Below are positions 51,224 to 63,127 of a stretch of DNA of 64,000 bases, piece by piece. Position 1 is the first letter of the stretch, and every line of letters begins with the position of its first letter. The notes under the pieces were generated by a model that ran no database searches, was not told the origin of the DNA, and saw only the letters and a program-made list of their open reading frames with translations. The position numbers and the translations under genes are program-made. Source of the DNA: Xylographa opegraphella (lineage: Eukaryota); contig JALDZX010000031.1 in the NCBI GenBank assembly GCA_022813865.1, positions 124,001 through 188,000 on the forward strand, given 5' to 3'.

Positions 51224-51233
51224 TCTTCACGTG
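51224..51233 (+). promoter_or_regulatory. E-box matching the ICRE/UAS-INO consensus upstream of the Opi1 gene
   Basis: TCTTCACGTG fits WYTTCAYRTG; a second E-box (TCACATG) lies at about 51271. Confidence 0.3.
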
Positions 51234-51521
51234 TCTGCCAAGACCCGATCGGCTTACCGACAACGCATTGTCACATGCTTTGTTGCTGGGGGGCTTCCTT
51301 AAGCTTCACTCACAGTACATCCACTCTTCCATCATCGCGGCTTGATTATTGTTGTCGCATCCTTACTGGGAAATTACATTTACAGCTTCCGAGTTTCCTT
51401 CCGTTCTCGCTGCGTCCTCTAGCGCCTTGAGACAGTCTTCCAGCTCGTGCGCTCTAATTTACCCCTATGAACGTTGGCGACCGGTGGACATCTCTGGCGT
51501 AATCTCCCTATCGCGCACAGA

Positions 51522-53114
51522 ATGGAAGATCAATTCGAGCGACCACTTTCCAGAACACCTGTGCCGCCGTACGAAGCATGGCCTTCTGCTCCGAATGGAA
51601 TTCTTGAAACGCATCTGATCACTGAGAAATCAAAGGCGATGGATCTGGATAATGTTATAAGTCCAATAGATCGGCACAGTCGAGCCACAAGCGCGTTGTC
51701 GTTGGACGATATAGAGGCTGCTCAAGCATTAGAGGGTCTTCGTGCAGGTGAGAAATGTACGAGCTATACTCGACACACATATCTGACACGGCACCTAGAT
51801 TTTATGCAATCGCCCCTTCGCTCAGTGACGATCCAATCCAGCAGTGCCGAGTCCGTACAAGCCGCCTCGAGCAACTCCTCGCATCCTGAACCTCTGCTCT
51901 CTTTGATTACTTCACAGCATCCACTACTTTCTACGGCCATCAATGGTTCTCTGTCGGCATACTCTTCATCCAAGTCATACTCGCCGCGCTTTCGGTTAGG
52001 CGCCGAATTCGTAGAACGGAATATTGCGTCTCCTGTTGCAAGCACGGTTGGGACCGCTGGACGGATAAGTGGCGTCGAAACTGGGGTCCGATGGTGGTTG
52101 CAAAGAAGCGACTCCAACGAGGCGCAAGATCGGAGCAATAAACGGCGGAGAATTAATGGTGATCATGAACGGGAAATGGACGTCGAAAAGGGCCTGAAAG
52201 AGGTCACATTGCAGCCCACTCGACAGCGTGCGGCTTCGAGTATATCATTTCCAGAGAGTCTACCGGCGTATGATGATCAGAGGTCGCCAAACTACGAGGA
52301 ACTCAGTCCGATCGTTCAGTCGCACAGACCGCAGCATGACGTCAACTCGCCCAGTAGTCGAACATGGCAGACACGACTGATGATGTCCACTTCTGGTCTA
52401 GGAGTTGCGATGAGTGAAGAGTCCTTGAGAAGTCTCAAGTATTGCCTTTCTTGGTTGCGATGGGCGAATAGTCACCTGAGCCGCGTCCTCGTCTCCCTCC
52501 AGAGTGTGCTCGAGGAGTGGGACCACTCTCATCGTCAAATATCTTCGAAAAGCGATGGTGTGATTCATGAGAACAACCTACAATCGGGCTCCGCAAACGG
52601 GCCTCCAAGAGATGATGCCACAATCGCAAAGCATATCCAAGCATTGAAAGGCGAATGCCTCCAGACACTCAAAAACGTTGTCGACGTTGTCTCCAAGTAC
52701 GCTGGTGGAGCACTTCCCGAAAACGCTCGTGTCTTGGTCCGAAGACACCTTACCTCGCTTCCCCAACGATTCATCATTGCATCTTCGGCAGGCACATCTG
52801 CTAACGGCTCCGGCTATGGAAGCGAAAAGCAGACGCCCTCTCCCGACGTCATATCTGGTGCCCACCGAGTCGTTGTCCTTGCTAAGGAAGGCTTGGATAT
52901 GATGGCGCAAGTGAGTGGAGTCGTTAATGGAACAATTGTGAGCGCCGAGGAATGGTGCGACAGACTTGGGAAAAAGAGGGAGAAAGATGACGAACATGCT
53001 GGTCGTTTGCAGAATGGGAATGGAGAGAAACCGGCTCTATCACAGCAAGATGTGGAGATGCCCATGCCTGGGCGCGATGAGAAGTTAGGCCGTGAGTCTG
53101 ATGCGCCGAGATGA
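51522..53114 (+). CDS. OPI1: Opi1-family transcriptional regulator
   Basis: DIEAAQALEGL, MSEESLRSLKYCLSWLRWAN, VVDVVSKYAGGALPENAR..LTSLPQRF, LAKEGLDMM; in-frame 51-nt intron 51748-51798. Confidence 0.88.
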   Translation: MEDQFERPLSRTPVPPYEAWPSAPNGILETHLITEKSKAMDLDNVISPIDRHSRATSALSLDDIEAAQALEGLRAGEKCTSYTRHTYLTRHLDFMQSPLRSVTIQSSSAESVQAASSNSSHPEPLLSLITSQHPLLSTAINGSLSAYSSSKSYSPRFRLGAEFVERNIASPVASTVGTAGRISGVETGVRWWLQRSDSNEAQDRSNKRRRINGDHEREMDVEKGLKEVTLQPTRQRAASSISFPESLPAYDDQRSPNYEELSPIVQSHRPQHDVNSPSSRTWQTRLMMSTSGLGVAMSEESLRSLKYCLSWLRWANSHLSRVLVSLQSVLEEWDHSHRQISSKSDGVIHENNLQSGSANGPPRDDATIAKHIQALKGECLQTLKNVVDVVSKYAGGALPENARVLVRRHLTSLPQRFIIASSAGTSANGSGYGSEKQTPSPDVISGAHRVVVLAKEGLDMMAQVSGVVNGTIVSAEEWCDRLGKKREKDDEHAGRLQNGNGEKPALSQQDVEMPMPGRDEKLGRESDAPR

Positions 53115-54115
53115 GAACAGTCCCAGGCTACTGTTATTGTTCTCCGGCTGCATTCGACGGCGATTCTGAAAGGTTGACAATATCGGGATGGTCGTTGAAG
53201 AAGGTCTCCCCTTTTGAGGGGGATATATCGGAACGGATTCACTTCACTGCAGTGGGATTAACGCGCCTCGAAGGAAAAGGTTCTGTGATTATTCATGTCT
53301 ATTTATCAAATTAGCAAGGTTCGTTGCATTGTGCCTGTTCTGGGGTTTATGGAAAGCGGCATGGATATCCTGGGTTGGTTCACAAAACGAACACACGTTG
53401 AGTGAGATATACTTCAAGCGAATACGTTGCTTAGCATCAGAGAGCTTTTTCTGACTACCTAATGGTGTATAAGGAGAAGCATGAGATGAACGTATCAACC
53501 ACATGTAACGGTGTTTCATGGTTGAAAGTCAATTGAGCTGTCGCACCCGAACGGCTCTTTTGGCGCAACGGCCCGTTCGCGCTACCAAGCTGCCATGCGG
53601 CGTCGACTCCGGGAGATTGTCTGCACATCAAAGACAGCTGCAGGGGCGCCTTGCGTGTGCGCAGCAACGCCTCGCATGCTTCCTCACCTGCGCTGTCACA
53701 TGGCGTGAGCGGCCATCGGCGCCATGCAGTATACTTTTGCTCTTGTTTCGATTTCCTTGAGCCCATTGAGCCTCAGTCGCCGATGGTAAACGACAGCCAG
53801 CCTTGCTGCGACTGTGCTCGGCGTCAGCCATTGAAGCTTGCATACTGCACGGACCGGGCAGGAGATGGTGCGGATCTTTACTTCATTGTTAATTGGTGTG
53901 TTAAACTGTCTTCGAGAGGTCTGGGAGGTTGAAGCGCTGACTTGGGAGTGATAGCTCGATTTCTCCACTGCGCCCTTTCAGTTGCCCGGCGCACTGCACG
54001 GCGCACTCGACACTCCGCCCCTCCATACTCCGTATTACTTACACCCTCTGTTGCAGGACTCAGTGGACCATAGGATGTACAGATGCTCTACTCTGTCTGA
54101 TACATATTGCTACAA

Positions 54116-57100
54116 ATGAGCAGTAATCCGGTAACTCCGTCGAGGAAGGGCGAGGAGATCAACAAATATGTTTTTGCACTGAACACCAAATGGAACTTGA
54201 ACCTTCCTATAAAATCTGCTCCACAGAGTCCTTCCAAGGTTTTGAGTCCAGATAGCCCAGAAGAGCAGATATTCCTTGTGATAAAGCTTCTCTACTTCCA
54301 GGACATCGAAGCTCTACACCATGCCTGTAAACGATTCGAAGATTATGCCACGCAACATCTCTCTGATTGGGTATACAAACCGAATGGTGAGAGAGATACT
54401 CTACCGTCTCGAACCACTGGGAACTCGTGGCTTAAGACCAGAAGCACAGCGAACGAGTCTACTGTTCATATCCTGCAGGAGACGCTGTTACGGTTCCTGA
54501 ACGAGGCTAAGATGTGTTGGATTCGCAAAAAGAGTGTCGCAAGAGCAGCAGTTGTTGGTAAGTTGTATGCCGTTCGTCCCTCATTACCTATCTGATATAC
54601 ATATACACAGACGAGCTGCCACTTCGCAGCAAATTCGATGCGTTACCTTTCAGTGGATTGCCGCTGCCTACTCCCGGCCCTGGACTAGACATTCTGAAGG
54701 AATCTACAAATAATTTTGAACGTACTGTATCATCATCAGCATTCAACCATGACTCGGATACTGTGGACGCAATGGAAGATCTCGCAACGGATTTACGCTA
54801 TCCTACAATCATGAGTTCGCGCCTCACCGAACCTTTTGAGGGTGTCAGCCACATGGAAAATGAACCGCTTGATGAGGGAGACGTTTTTACGACACCTCCA
54901 ACAACGCCGACAAAAGAACCGATCACAAGCTCAAATCCTCAGATACAAAGTACACTAGTCAATAGCGATGATGAAATGGACGACGTCTACTTCGTGCAAC
55001 AACCTGATGCCGTGGTCCTGGCTCTATCTCCAAGCCTGCCAGGCCAGAAACGTTCAGCAGCAGAGCCATTGGGAGTACCAGCTTCGCGAAGGATGAGTTA
55101 TGACCTCCGTAGCCGTCAATATCCACAGTCATATGGTGTACATCATCTGGAGCCGAGCAATCATTCGACGCGCTCATGGGATAGTATGTCTGCAGGAATT
55201 TCTACAAGGACTGCATCCATGACTCGGAGCACGCCAAGCACATCAGTCTATACTGAATCAGCCGCTACATCCTTCGGACAATCGACTTCCGATTTAGCGT
55301 CTGAGCAATTGCTAAGAGAACAAGAGGAGCGAAACAGGGGAACGCTGTCGAACATCCATCTCCATGCCGCCGATCCGGGATTTCAAGTTGAGACTTCACG
55401 TGATTCCAATAAGTATACTATGTTACCTGCGAAAGAGATACTAGCAGAGCCGGTATCTGCAGATTGTAAATTGAATTCTGTGAGACGCCACACACAGTCT
55501 TTGGTGGAAAAGAATCCCTTCGGTCAGTAACTTCTTTGCGAATGTACTTCTAAACGGTGTGCTGATACCTGACAGTGAGTTTGAGTAACTATATACACCC
55601 ACAATTGCCTTATCGGTATCTCTACGAGGCTTCACGTGTTGCTCTCCATTATGATGTACCCATATCTAATTTCCAGAGAACACTGAGCAAAACAGCCGGT
55701 GATTATGATGATTTCTGGTCTGCAATTACCTCAGTAAGCACTGGTAATGCAGTCATGCTAGAGAAGTCCAACCGGGAAGCCTGGTTAAGGGCTGAAAATG
55801 ACACTGAAAACATCGTCTTCGCTGGCGACCTAAAGTTCTCGGACGATCTCCGCCGTCCGATCTTTCAGTTACAGCTGAAGCCTCTCAAAATCGATAGATC
55901 ATATCGACTTGCTCGCAAGTTTGGCGGTGACCGGTTCTTCATACTTGGTATACCTGGACTCACCGAACGAGAACTTCCAAGCTATTTGAGGGCCGATGCA
56001 GACAGTATCCGCGACTCTATAATTTCTTGGCTCTTGGAGACCGAGCATCACTTTCTGGACCGCACCTGGCGTGCATTTTTTGTGAAGCCACAACAGACTT
56101 CAACAAAGGTTCGCAAGGCCAAATTAAGCATCTTCAACAGTATTCGGCATAGAATTTATATGTTTGCCATCGACGGACGCGACTTCAAGCGGCGGTCCAG
56201 GTCGACAAGATCAAGCATTGCAAATGAATGTGGCCATGTTGCGATGACTAAAGAAGAATTGCTAAAGTGGATAATACCTTTTGAGCAGAATCTACATCAA
56301 TCTTCCTTGAAGCTTTTCGCGCGGATTTCTTTAGGTAAGAAGTGGTCCTAAGATAAGAGTGAAGAATCAGCTAAATTGTGTCTCTAGCCCTCACGAATAC
56401 TATCGCAGCTGTCGAATTCAAGCCATCGGAAATCCTCCGAACAGCTGATGCCTACTCCGGGTATGCAGACGTACGTCGCCTTACTCAGGATCGCCACGAT
56501 GTAGGCAGGACATTCATTGGTAGCATGATATCACGGAATGTGATGAATGATGTAGACCTTTCCTAGAATTGCCCCTTTTTATCTAGACTGATGGTCGATT
56601 AGGGATGCGCACGAATATCGCGGGCTGCTGCGCTCGCCATTGCTGGTAAGCTTGGTCTACATGATCAGAGTCCGTGCGTATATCAGGGCCGTATAGGAGG
56701 GGCGAAAGGAATCTGGATGATCGATACCTTCGATGAAACAATTCCAACCTCTCGCCGAGATTTCTGGATCGAGATAACAGATTCGCAGTTGAAATTCGAA
56801 GGACACAGTTGCGATACGTCTGAGCATGCATTGGATGTAGCAAGATTAACGTTTGAGGTACATGCATACTCGACATCTCTCACATCGGCCGCGTTGAATT
56901 ACCAGCTTATGCCTATCCTCCTCGAGCGGGGCGTGAAGGGGAAAGTGTTCGAGAGGTTACTCGAGAACGACTTAACCGAGAAGGTCAGTGTCCTCGAGAC
57001 TGCTATGGATAGCGGATTGCTTTTACGTAAGTGGAACCAAGAGAACAGCTCGACGAGCGTGGAAAGGATTAGGTCGTCCACGCTAGATTTTCAAGGTGGC

Positions 57101-58799
57101 GTGCCAGCCTTGTCCTCAGACACAATCAACTGGCTTGTAGAGGTATACGTCTTTCTTCATACAATAAGTATTTACGCTTCGCTGACATATGATAGCATGG
57201 CTTTGAGCCGAAATCATGCCGTTTGTTGAAAGACCATTGCCATCGAGCCATCAAAACATATTGCGAGCGCTTAAAGGATCGGATGAATATCAGTATTGGC
57301 CGTTCAACATATGCTTTTATGATAGCGGATCCTTTAGCTATACTTGAGGAGGGTGAGGTACATCTTGGGTTTTCAGGGGCTTTCAGGGATGAAAAGTCTG
57401 GATTCAACGAAACCTTCCTCCATAACATGGATGTCCTAGTTGCCAGGCTTCCTGCTCATTTACCATCTGATATCCAGAAGGTAATTTTTCTCCGCGAAAA
57501 CATGAACGTATTGTGGCTGATGTTTGTAAAATAGGTCCGAGCAGTCTTTAAGCCTGAACTGAGCATTTATAAAGATGTCATAATTTTCTCCTCGAGGGGC
57601 GAGTGTTCGTTGGCCTCTAAGCTGTCAGGGCAAGTGACTCTCTCATTTACGATGTTGCAATCAGAGGAAGCTAACAGACCATTAGCGGTGACTATGATGG
57701 TGATCAGGCGTGGGTCTGTTGGGAGCCTGAACTTGTCCAGCCATTCACCAACGCGGATGTCCACGTTGCCCCAGACCTGAATCACTATGGGATAGTCAAG
57801 GACGAAACGAAGCTTGCCGATATCATCAATGCCCCAGATTATATCTCCGCTTTCCTAAGGCGAGGATTCGATTTTAACATCCAGTCACCCATGCTGGGCA
57901 TGTGCACGGCCTATCACGAATCCCTTTGCTACTATTACATGCCCATCAACAACCCTCAAGCCAAGAATATAGCTGTACTACTTGGCTACCTCGTCGACAG
58001 CGCCAAAGGCGGCTTCATCTTCACCGACGAGATCTGGAAAGAGTTCCGCGCCCGCAACGGCCTGCCCATGATTCCTAAAACCCCCGCCTACAGATCCGGC
58101 ACCCCCCCGCGCCGCATCGAGCACATCATCGACCGACTCGTCTTCGTCATTGCCAAAAAAGTCATTGACACAGCCCTCAGCCAGTTTTCGGAGCGCTTCA
58201 AAGATGCCACCGACTGGGACGACGACCTCAACGCCGTGTGGAAAGCGGAAGAGGAGGCCGCAACCCGCGACCCGCAGCTCAAGCGAATCCTCGTCGACCT
58301 CCGTGCCCGTCTCGAGGACCTGCAGGCGTTCTGGGCCCGCAACGCCCACATCAAAGACCCGGACGAGTGCCGGTCCCGCGGCAACGAGACCTCCTTCCGC
58401 GCACGCCTCGACCAGGTGCGCGAGCGCTTCCTCGCGATCCAGCCACTGCAAGACAGCCCGTACGTCCTGGCGGCGCGGTGGGCGCTCGACGAGGGGAGCA
58501 CCAAGGGCGCCTGGACGCGGCTGAAGGCCAGCGCGCTGTTCAAGCTGTTCTATACGCGCGGCAAGTTCGTGTGGTACGTCGCGGGCAAGGAGCTCGTGCA
58601 GCTGAAGATCCTCGCCTGCGGCCGCGCCTCCAGCGTCGTCGAGGAGCTGTGGCGCGTGTACCGGCTCGATGCCCGGCTGCTGAAGCGCATTGAGGCCAAC
58701 CACGCGGCCAGGAGTGTCCTCCCCGCCGAACTGGGCGGCGGCGACGACGACGACGAGTGGGGGGACGGCTTCGCTGAGTATCCGGTCCAGGTCGAGTGA
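54116..58799 (+). CDS. qde-1: RNA-dependent RNA polymerase, QDE-1-like (RNAi/quelling), 8 exons
   Basis: RKFGGDRF, KLFARISL, MND/GCARIS, YQGRIGGAKGIW, ADPLAILEEGEVH, VLVARLPAHLPSDIQK/V, DVIIFS, KLSG/GDYDGD; seven introns reconstructed, the last one GC-AG. RdRP is secure; the QDE-1 clade is inferred. Confidence 0.92.
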
Positions 58800-59510
58800 G
58801 CTGGCGGGTCCTGCGGACTGTCGACTTCCCTTATCTATACGGTGTGCTGGGGCGCAGGTTGGGGAGGGGGGGCTTTGGAGAGGAGGCGGGGGCTTTGGAG
58901 CTGCGCTTTTTGGGCTGTCGAGGCGGAGTGGCGGGGGGTTCGATTGGATGTCGCGGAGTGGTTGGTCTCCTGGAGATTCCGGAGGGTTAAGGTTGCGCGT
59001 AATGTGGGCTCCCTAACGAGGGCTTTTCGGTTCATGTGCATGGGGCATACATACGGCACGCACGAGTCGTTTGACGGAGGAGTATTTACCCCCGAGTGGA
59101 GACATGTTTTCTTTTGGGCTTTGGGGATCTTTACGTGCGAGATACGCTACGATTGGATTTTCTGTTATGTTCTTTTCGAGCGGCCCGATGGGGCATTTCT
59201 GCCTTCTCTTGGACATATGGAGTTCCGGCCGGACGAGCAGCAGCTTCTGCATAACTATTGTCCTATTATGTCTACCGTGATGCAGTAGTGCCATCGCAAT
59301 GCAAGTGAGCGGCCAACTCAACTCCGAGGAAACTACCTACCCGACAAACTGCCCCTCCCCGGTAGAGGACATCTCGTGACAGCTCCCAAGTCCGCCAACC
59401 GAGAACAAGCAAAGCTGGCCATCAAGCAACAAAACACCCCCGCTAAAACATACCTCGTCGTCCTGCGCACCCACCCATCCCTCCCTTCCATCACCCCCTC
59501 CCACCCCTGT

Positions 59511-60866
59511 TCAATCTCCCCATTTCTTCGCCACCATCCCCTCCGGCGGGCTGGTCTCCACCTTCCCCTTGCTGACCTCGGCCCAGTTCGTGCTCAGCGC
59601 GGTGCCGTTGCTCTCCTGGTAGCTCTTCATCATCGCGCGCTTCGTGTCCGGGTCGGCGTCCTTGAAGATCTTCTTGAAGAAGGACTCGGCTGGATCGCCG
59701 CCCTCGTCGGTGTAGACGTCCTCTTCGTCACCCTCGGCGTTTTCCGTCGCGTCCCGGTCGCCCACTGGTGCGGGTTTCTTCGACAGTTCCGCAGCGAGCC
59801 GGTCCCAGTTCTTGGGCCCGGAGCGAGAGGAGGTGGGGTATGCGGGCTGGGTGTCTTGCGCCGGTTTGGGGTTGAGGATGGCGGCAGGGATGGGAGTGGC
59901 GGAGGTGGAGTCCGTGGTTGAGGGGACGGCGTGCGGGTTTTCGAGGGAGTGCCATTTCTGACCGGGGGTGGCTTTTTTGAGGACGAATTCTACCTTTGTG
60001 GACATGATCTTGTGGGTGGAGGCCGAGGGGTCGATAGGTGCGAAAAGGGGCTCGAGCGAGAAGTCGTAGTCGGCGCCGGTGGGGAGCGGGAAGGAGATGC
60101 TGAGCGAGGAGGGCTGGATGTCGACGGTGGCGCTCTCCTTCGAAACACCCTTGGCGAGCAGTTCGATGGTTACGGAGTCGGAGGATTGGTACCAGTCGTG
60201 GCGGATCTTGCCAGGCTGTAGCGCGGACGTTGTGGTTTTGGCTGCAGGAGTGGATGTCTTTGGAGCAGCGGCCTTTTCGCTGCTGGCGCGGGCTGTCTCT
60301 GCCTTCTTAGCATCGACGCCGGCCTTCTCGGTGTCGGCGTCCGGGATTTCTTTCACGGTGGCCTCGGCCCTGCTGTCCCCGCTCTCCAGGCCGGAGAGCT
60401 TGCTCTGCACCTTCGCTTCCCAGATCAGGAGACTCTTCTCCTTCGGCGACATATGCTTCACCCACTCGAAGCACTTGCCCGCGTCCGCATATCTCTGCAG
60501 GCCAAACAGCGCTATGCCCCTCCTCAGTTGTGCCTGCGCGATCGACTCCCGCTTGCCACGTTTGTGAGCCAGGACAACCGCGACTTCGGCATCTGCGAGA
60601 GCGGAGGCCTGGTCGGACGGCGAGGTACGAGTGTAGGCGGTGGAACGCTTGATGTAGTAGTCCACGGCCTGCGGGTGCGTCGCTATGGCTTTGGTGTATT
60701 GTGAGATCGCAAGGGGGAAATTGCTGGCTGCGAGAGCTTCTGCGCCGAGGGAGGCGGCGTCTTTGGCGGAGTGTTGGATGGGTGTGTCTCGGTTGAGAGA
60801 GATGGTCTCTGAAGAGCCTGAGCCTTGGGCGGAGCTTGCCATGTGCTTGGACATTATTTCCTCCAT
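59511..60866 (-). CDS. SGT1: SGT1 Hsp90 co-chaperone (TPR-CS-SGS)
   Basis: TPR region, CS domain (KIRHDWYQS..TKVEFVLKK), SGS domain (YPTSS..KNWD..FFKKIF..AMMKSYQESNGTALSTNW..PPEGM). Start could be a slightly later ATG. Confidence 0.95.
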   Translation of the reverse strand: MEEIMSKHMASSAQGSGSSETISLNRDTPIQHSAKDAASLGAEALAASNFPLAISQYTKAIATHPQAVDYYIKRSTAYTRTSPSDQASALADAEVAVVLAHKRGKRESIAQAQLRRGIALFGLQRYADAGKCFEWVKHMSPKEKSLLIWEAKVQSKLSGLESGDSRAEATVKEIPDADTEKAGVDAKKAETARASSEKAAAPKTSTPAAKTTTSALQPGKIRHDWYQSSDSVTIELLAKGVSKESATVDIQPSSLSISFPLPTGADYDFSLEPLFAPIDPSASTHKIMSTKVEFVLKKATPGQKWHSLENPHAVPSTTDSTSATPIPAAILNPKPAQDTQPAYPTSSRSGPKNWDRLAAELSKKPAPVGDRDATENAEGDEEDVYTDEGGDPAESFFKKIFKDADPDTKRAMMKSYQESNGTALSTNWAEVSKGKVETSPPEGMVAKKWGD

Positions 60867-61034
60867 GGTGGGTGTCTGGTGCTTTGAACTAGAAGGGAAA
60901 TCTGCTGGCTAGTAAGACTTAGGATTTAACGGAGTACCTGCTATGTCTTGGTGTCTATATTTTACAGGTTCCTGAAAGATTTAAAAGAAAGTTATCATGA
61001 AGGAGGTCTCTGGAAGGCGAAGCGTAAATTCTAG

Positions 61035-61049
61035 GGAAGCTTCACGAAA
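61035..61049 (-). promoter_or_regulatory. Heat-shock element upstream of SGT1
   Basis: gGAAgcTTCacGAAa is a perfect three-unit nGAAn inverted array about 170 bp upstream of the start codon of an Hsp90 co-chaperone. Confidence 0.55.
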
Positions 61050-61490
61050 GTGGTCGGCCCAAACACTGAATCGCTTAGTCTAGATTGGATACCACACACC
61101 TTAGAGCTTATGGATAGCTCCGATGCATCACATATGCAGTCAATGGTCACAACTGGAATTCAGCATGCATGGGAGTATGAGCTACGGTATCATTTATGTC
61201 TAGATCGACCTTCGTGGTCTCAGCATATAGTCCTTTCCGGTCTCTATGTACAAGGAAGCGTGTCGGAAGCACAACGGCTTTCGGATTGACCTCCTTCTTC
61301 CCCTTAAGCATCACTCTCAGTACCATGTAACGTCGCTGAGAATGCTTGTTATAGCACAGCTAAGGCGAATTGTCAACAAAGAGCAGCAAGCAACCACTGT
61401 AGGCGCCCAATATCACTACTGTTTGTGCCAAGGCCCGCAAGGTTATGATGTTTAGAAGTCGTCATGGCGTGATTCAAGTGTAGTGTGTAA

Positions 61491-62145
61491 TCAGACGTAT
61501 TGCGAACTTGTTGTACGTCCTCCTGATGATTTGCCAGTATGATCCTCGACAAAGACTAACACGGTAGAAACCATAAAAGTTACGCTGAAGAATTGATTAG
61601 CAATGTCGAATATTCATCTGCACTGGGCACATACATCTCAACAAAGGTAAATGCAATGCAGATGTCCCACTGCACGTTTGGAGGAATATTGAGGAGCTCG
61701 GAATGGTCCTATGTAAGAGATCAGTAGCTGTTCATGAATCTCAACTAACACTGCGGAGTCACATACCACTCCCTTGGGCCGGAGCATAAGAGTGGCGGTG
61801 CCAATCCACATCAATATCATTAAGAGCTCAAGACCAAGGCGGGCCCAGGTGTAGACCTTGCCATGCCCCGCAAATGGGTTGTGGCGACTATATATCCAAA
61901 TCCCATGGGCGGTTATAACGAAGGTAAAGAGGGTCGAGATTACTGCAAACAAATGTTAGCTGTCAGAATGCGTCTCGTGACATGATGCGATCCATACCTC
62001 CCAGCGCTATCGGTCCTGTAACATTGGAATTCCAGAATCCGCGATGAGTGCCACACCACGAGACAAGAATCAGGTAGGCGATAGAAAAGACAAGCTGGCC
62101 GATGCGGATAGCGAAGAGAATCTTTGGATTGCGCAGAGTGTCCAT
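61491..62145 (-). CDS. MARVEL-like four-TM membrane protein (4 exons)
   Basis: Three GT-AG introns give an open frame with four hydrophobic helices (IRIGQLVFSIAYLILV; VISTLFTFVI; LELLMILMWIGTATLML; WDICIAFTFVEI/VTFMVSTVLVF). Confidence 0.7.
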
Positions 62146-63127
62146 GATATGTGGATGTCGTGTGCCAAAACTCTTACGTGTTTCTCGATGTTAAGGCGAG
62201 CGTTGGTGTTAGATCGAGAGTGTATCGAGAATGTATCGAAACCTCAGACAGCTAGGAGAATGCGAGCTTGAAAGTGAGGTAGGCGTACGGAAAAGGCTTG
62301 AATATAAGCACGCAGAGTGAGTGGAGGATTATTGGGTTTGAGGGCAGTGAACACAAGATCCTGGCTGTGAAGGATTCAAGAATCCTTGTTTATGTCCATG
62401 GTTACCTGGCTGTGACCGTTACAGAGTTTTTGTCTGCATATCGGCGGTCATAATCACACCACCTGGCTGTCGTATGGATAGCCGACTAAGGACCAATGAT
62501 CCTTCGTACACTGCCCGGCGGTTGCCAACATGGCATCTCTTCCATGCTGCTTCTGAACATCTTCCTGAGCATGTGCCTGCCGCACTTCACAGCCTTAAGA
62601 CGTGACTAAATCGTCCCATTGATTCACAACGTCCGCGTAGGATATAAAGGCTGGCTGTAGTTGGACATGTCGGTTGTGGGGCCTTGCTAGTGGCGGGCTG
62701 AGGCGTTTCACATCGAACATGTGGCGTAAGTAGGCCCTAGAGCGAGGCTGAGCATTCCAATTTAGGGATCATTGAGGTTTATTTCTTTTCATGCTCGCTG
62801 TCTTCTATGCGCAAACGGTCATCCATGATACTCTTTTGACTGAAAACTTGGCAGCTGGTTAGTGAGTGGAACTGTCTGCTCAATCGCCAGCATCTACCGT
62901 GGACTGATAAGATTGTCCATTGGTATGTGTTCGCTTGAGTTCGTACATAGCTCCCAGCGCACAGAGGCATTGTTTAGTACATACCAAATTTTGTGATATT
63001 CATCATACACGTGTAGAAAGCTATCACTTCAACTCAAACCCAGAGATATTTTGCTTTACAACCATGGCAGGTCGCTCGTCAGCTTTCTACACGGAGAACC
63101 TCTTCGTCTCCCTTTAGCATTCAACTC

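Noticed and set aside
62370..62387. Perfect 8-bp inverted repeat AAGGATTC-AA-GAATCCTT
   Set aside because: Too short and isolated; no transposon context.
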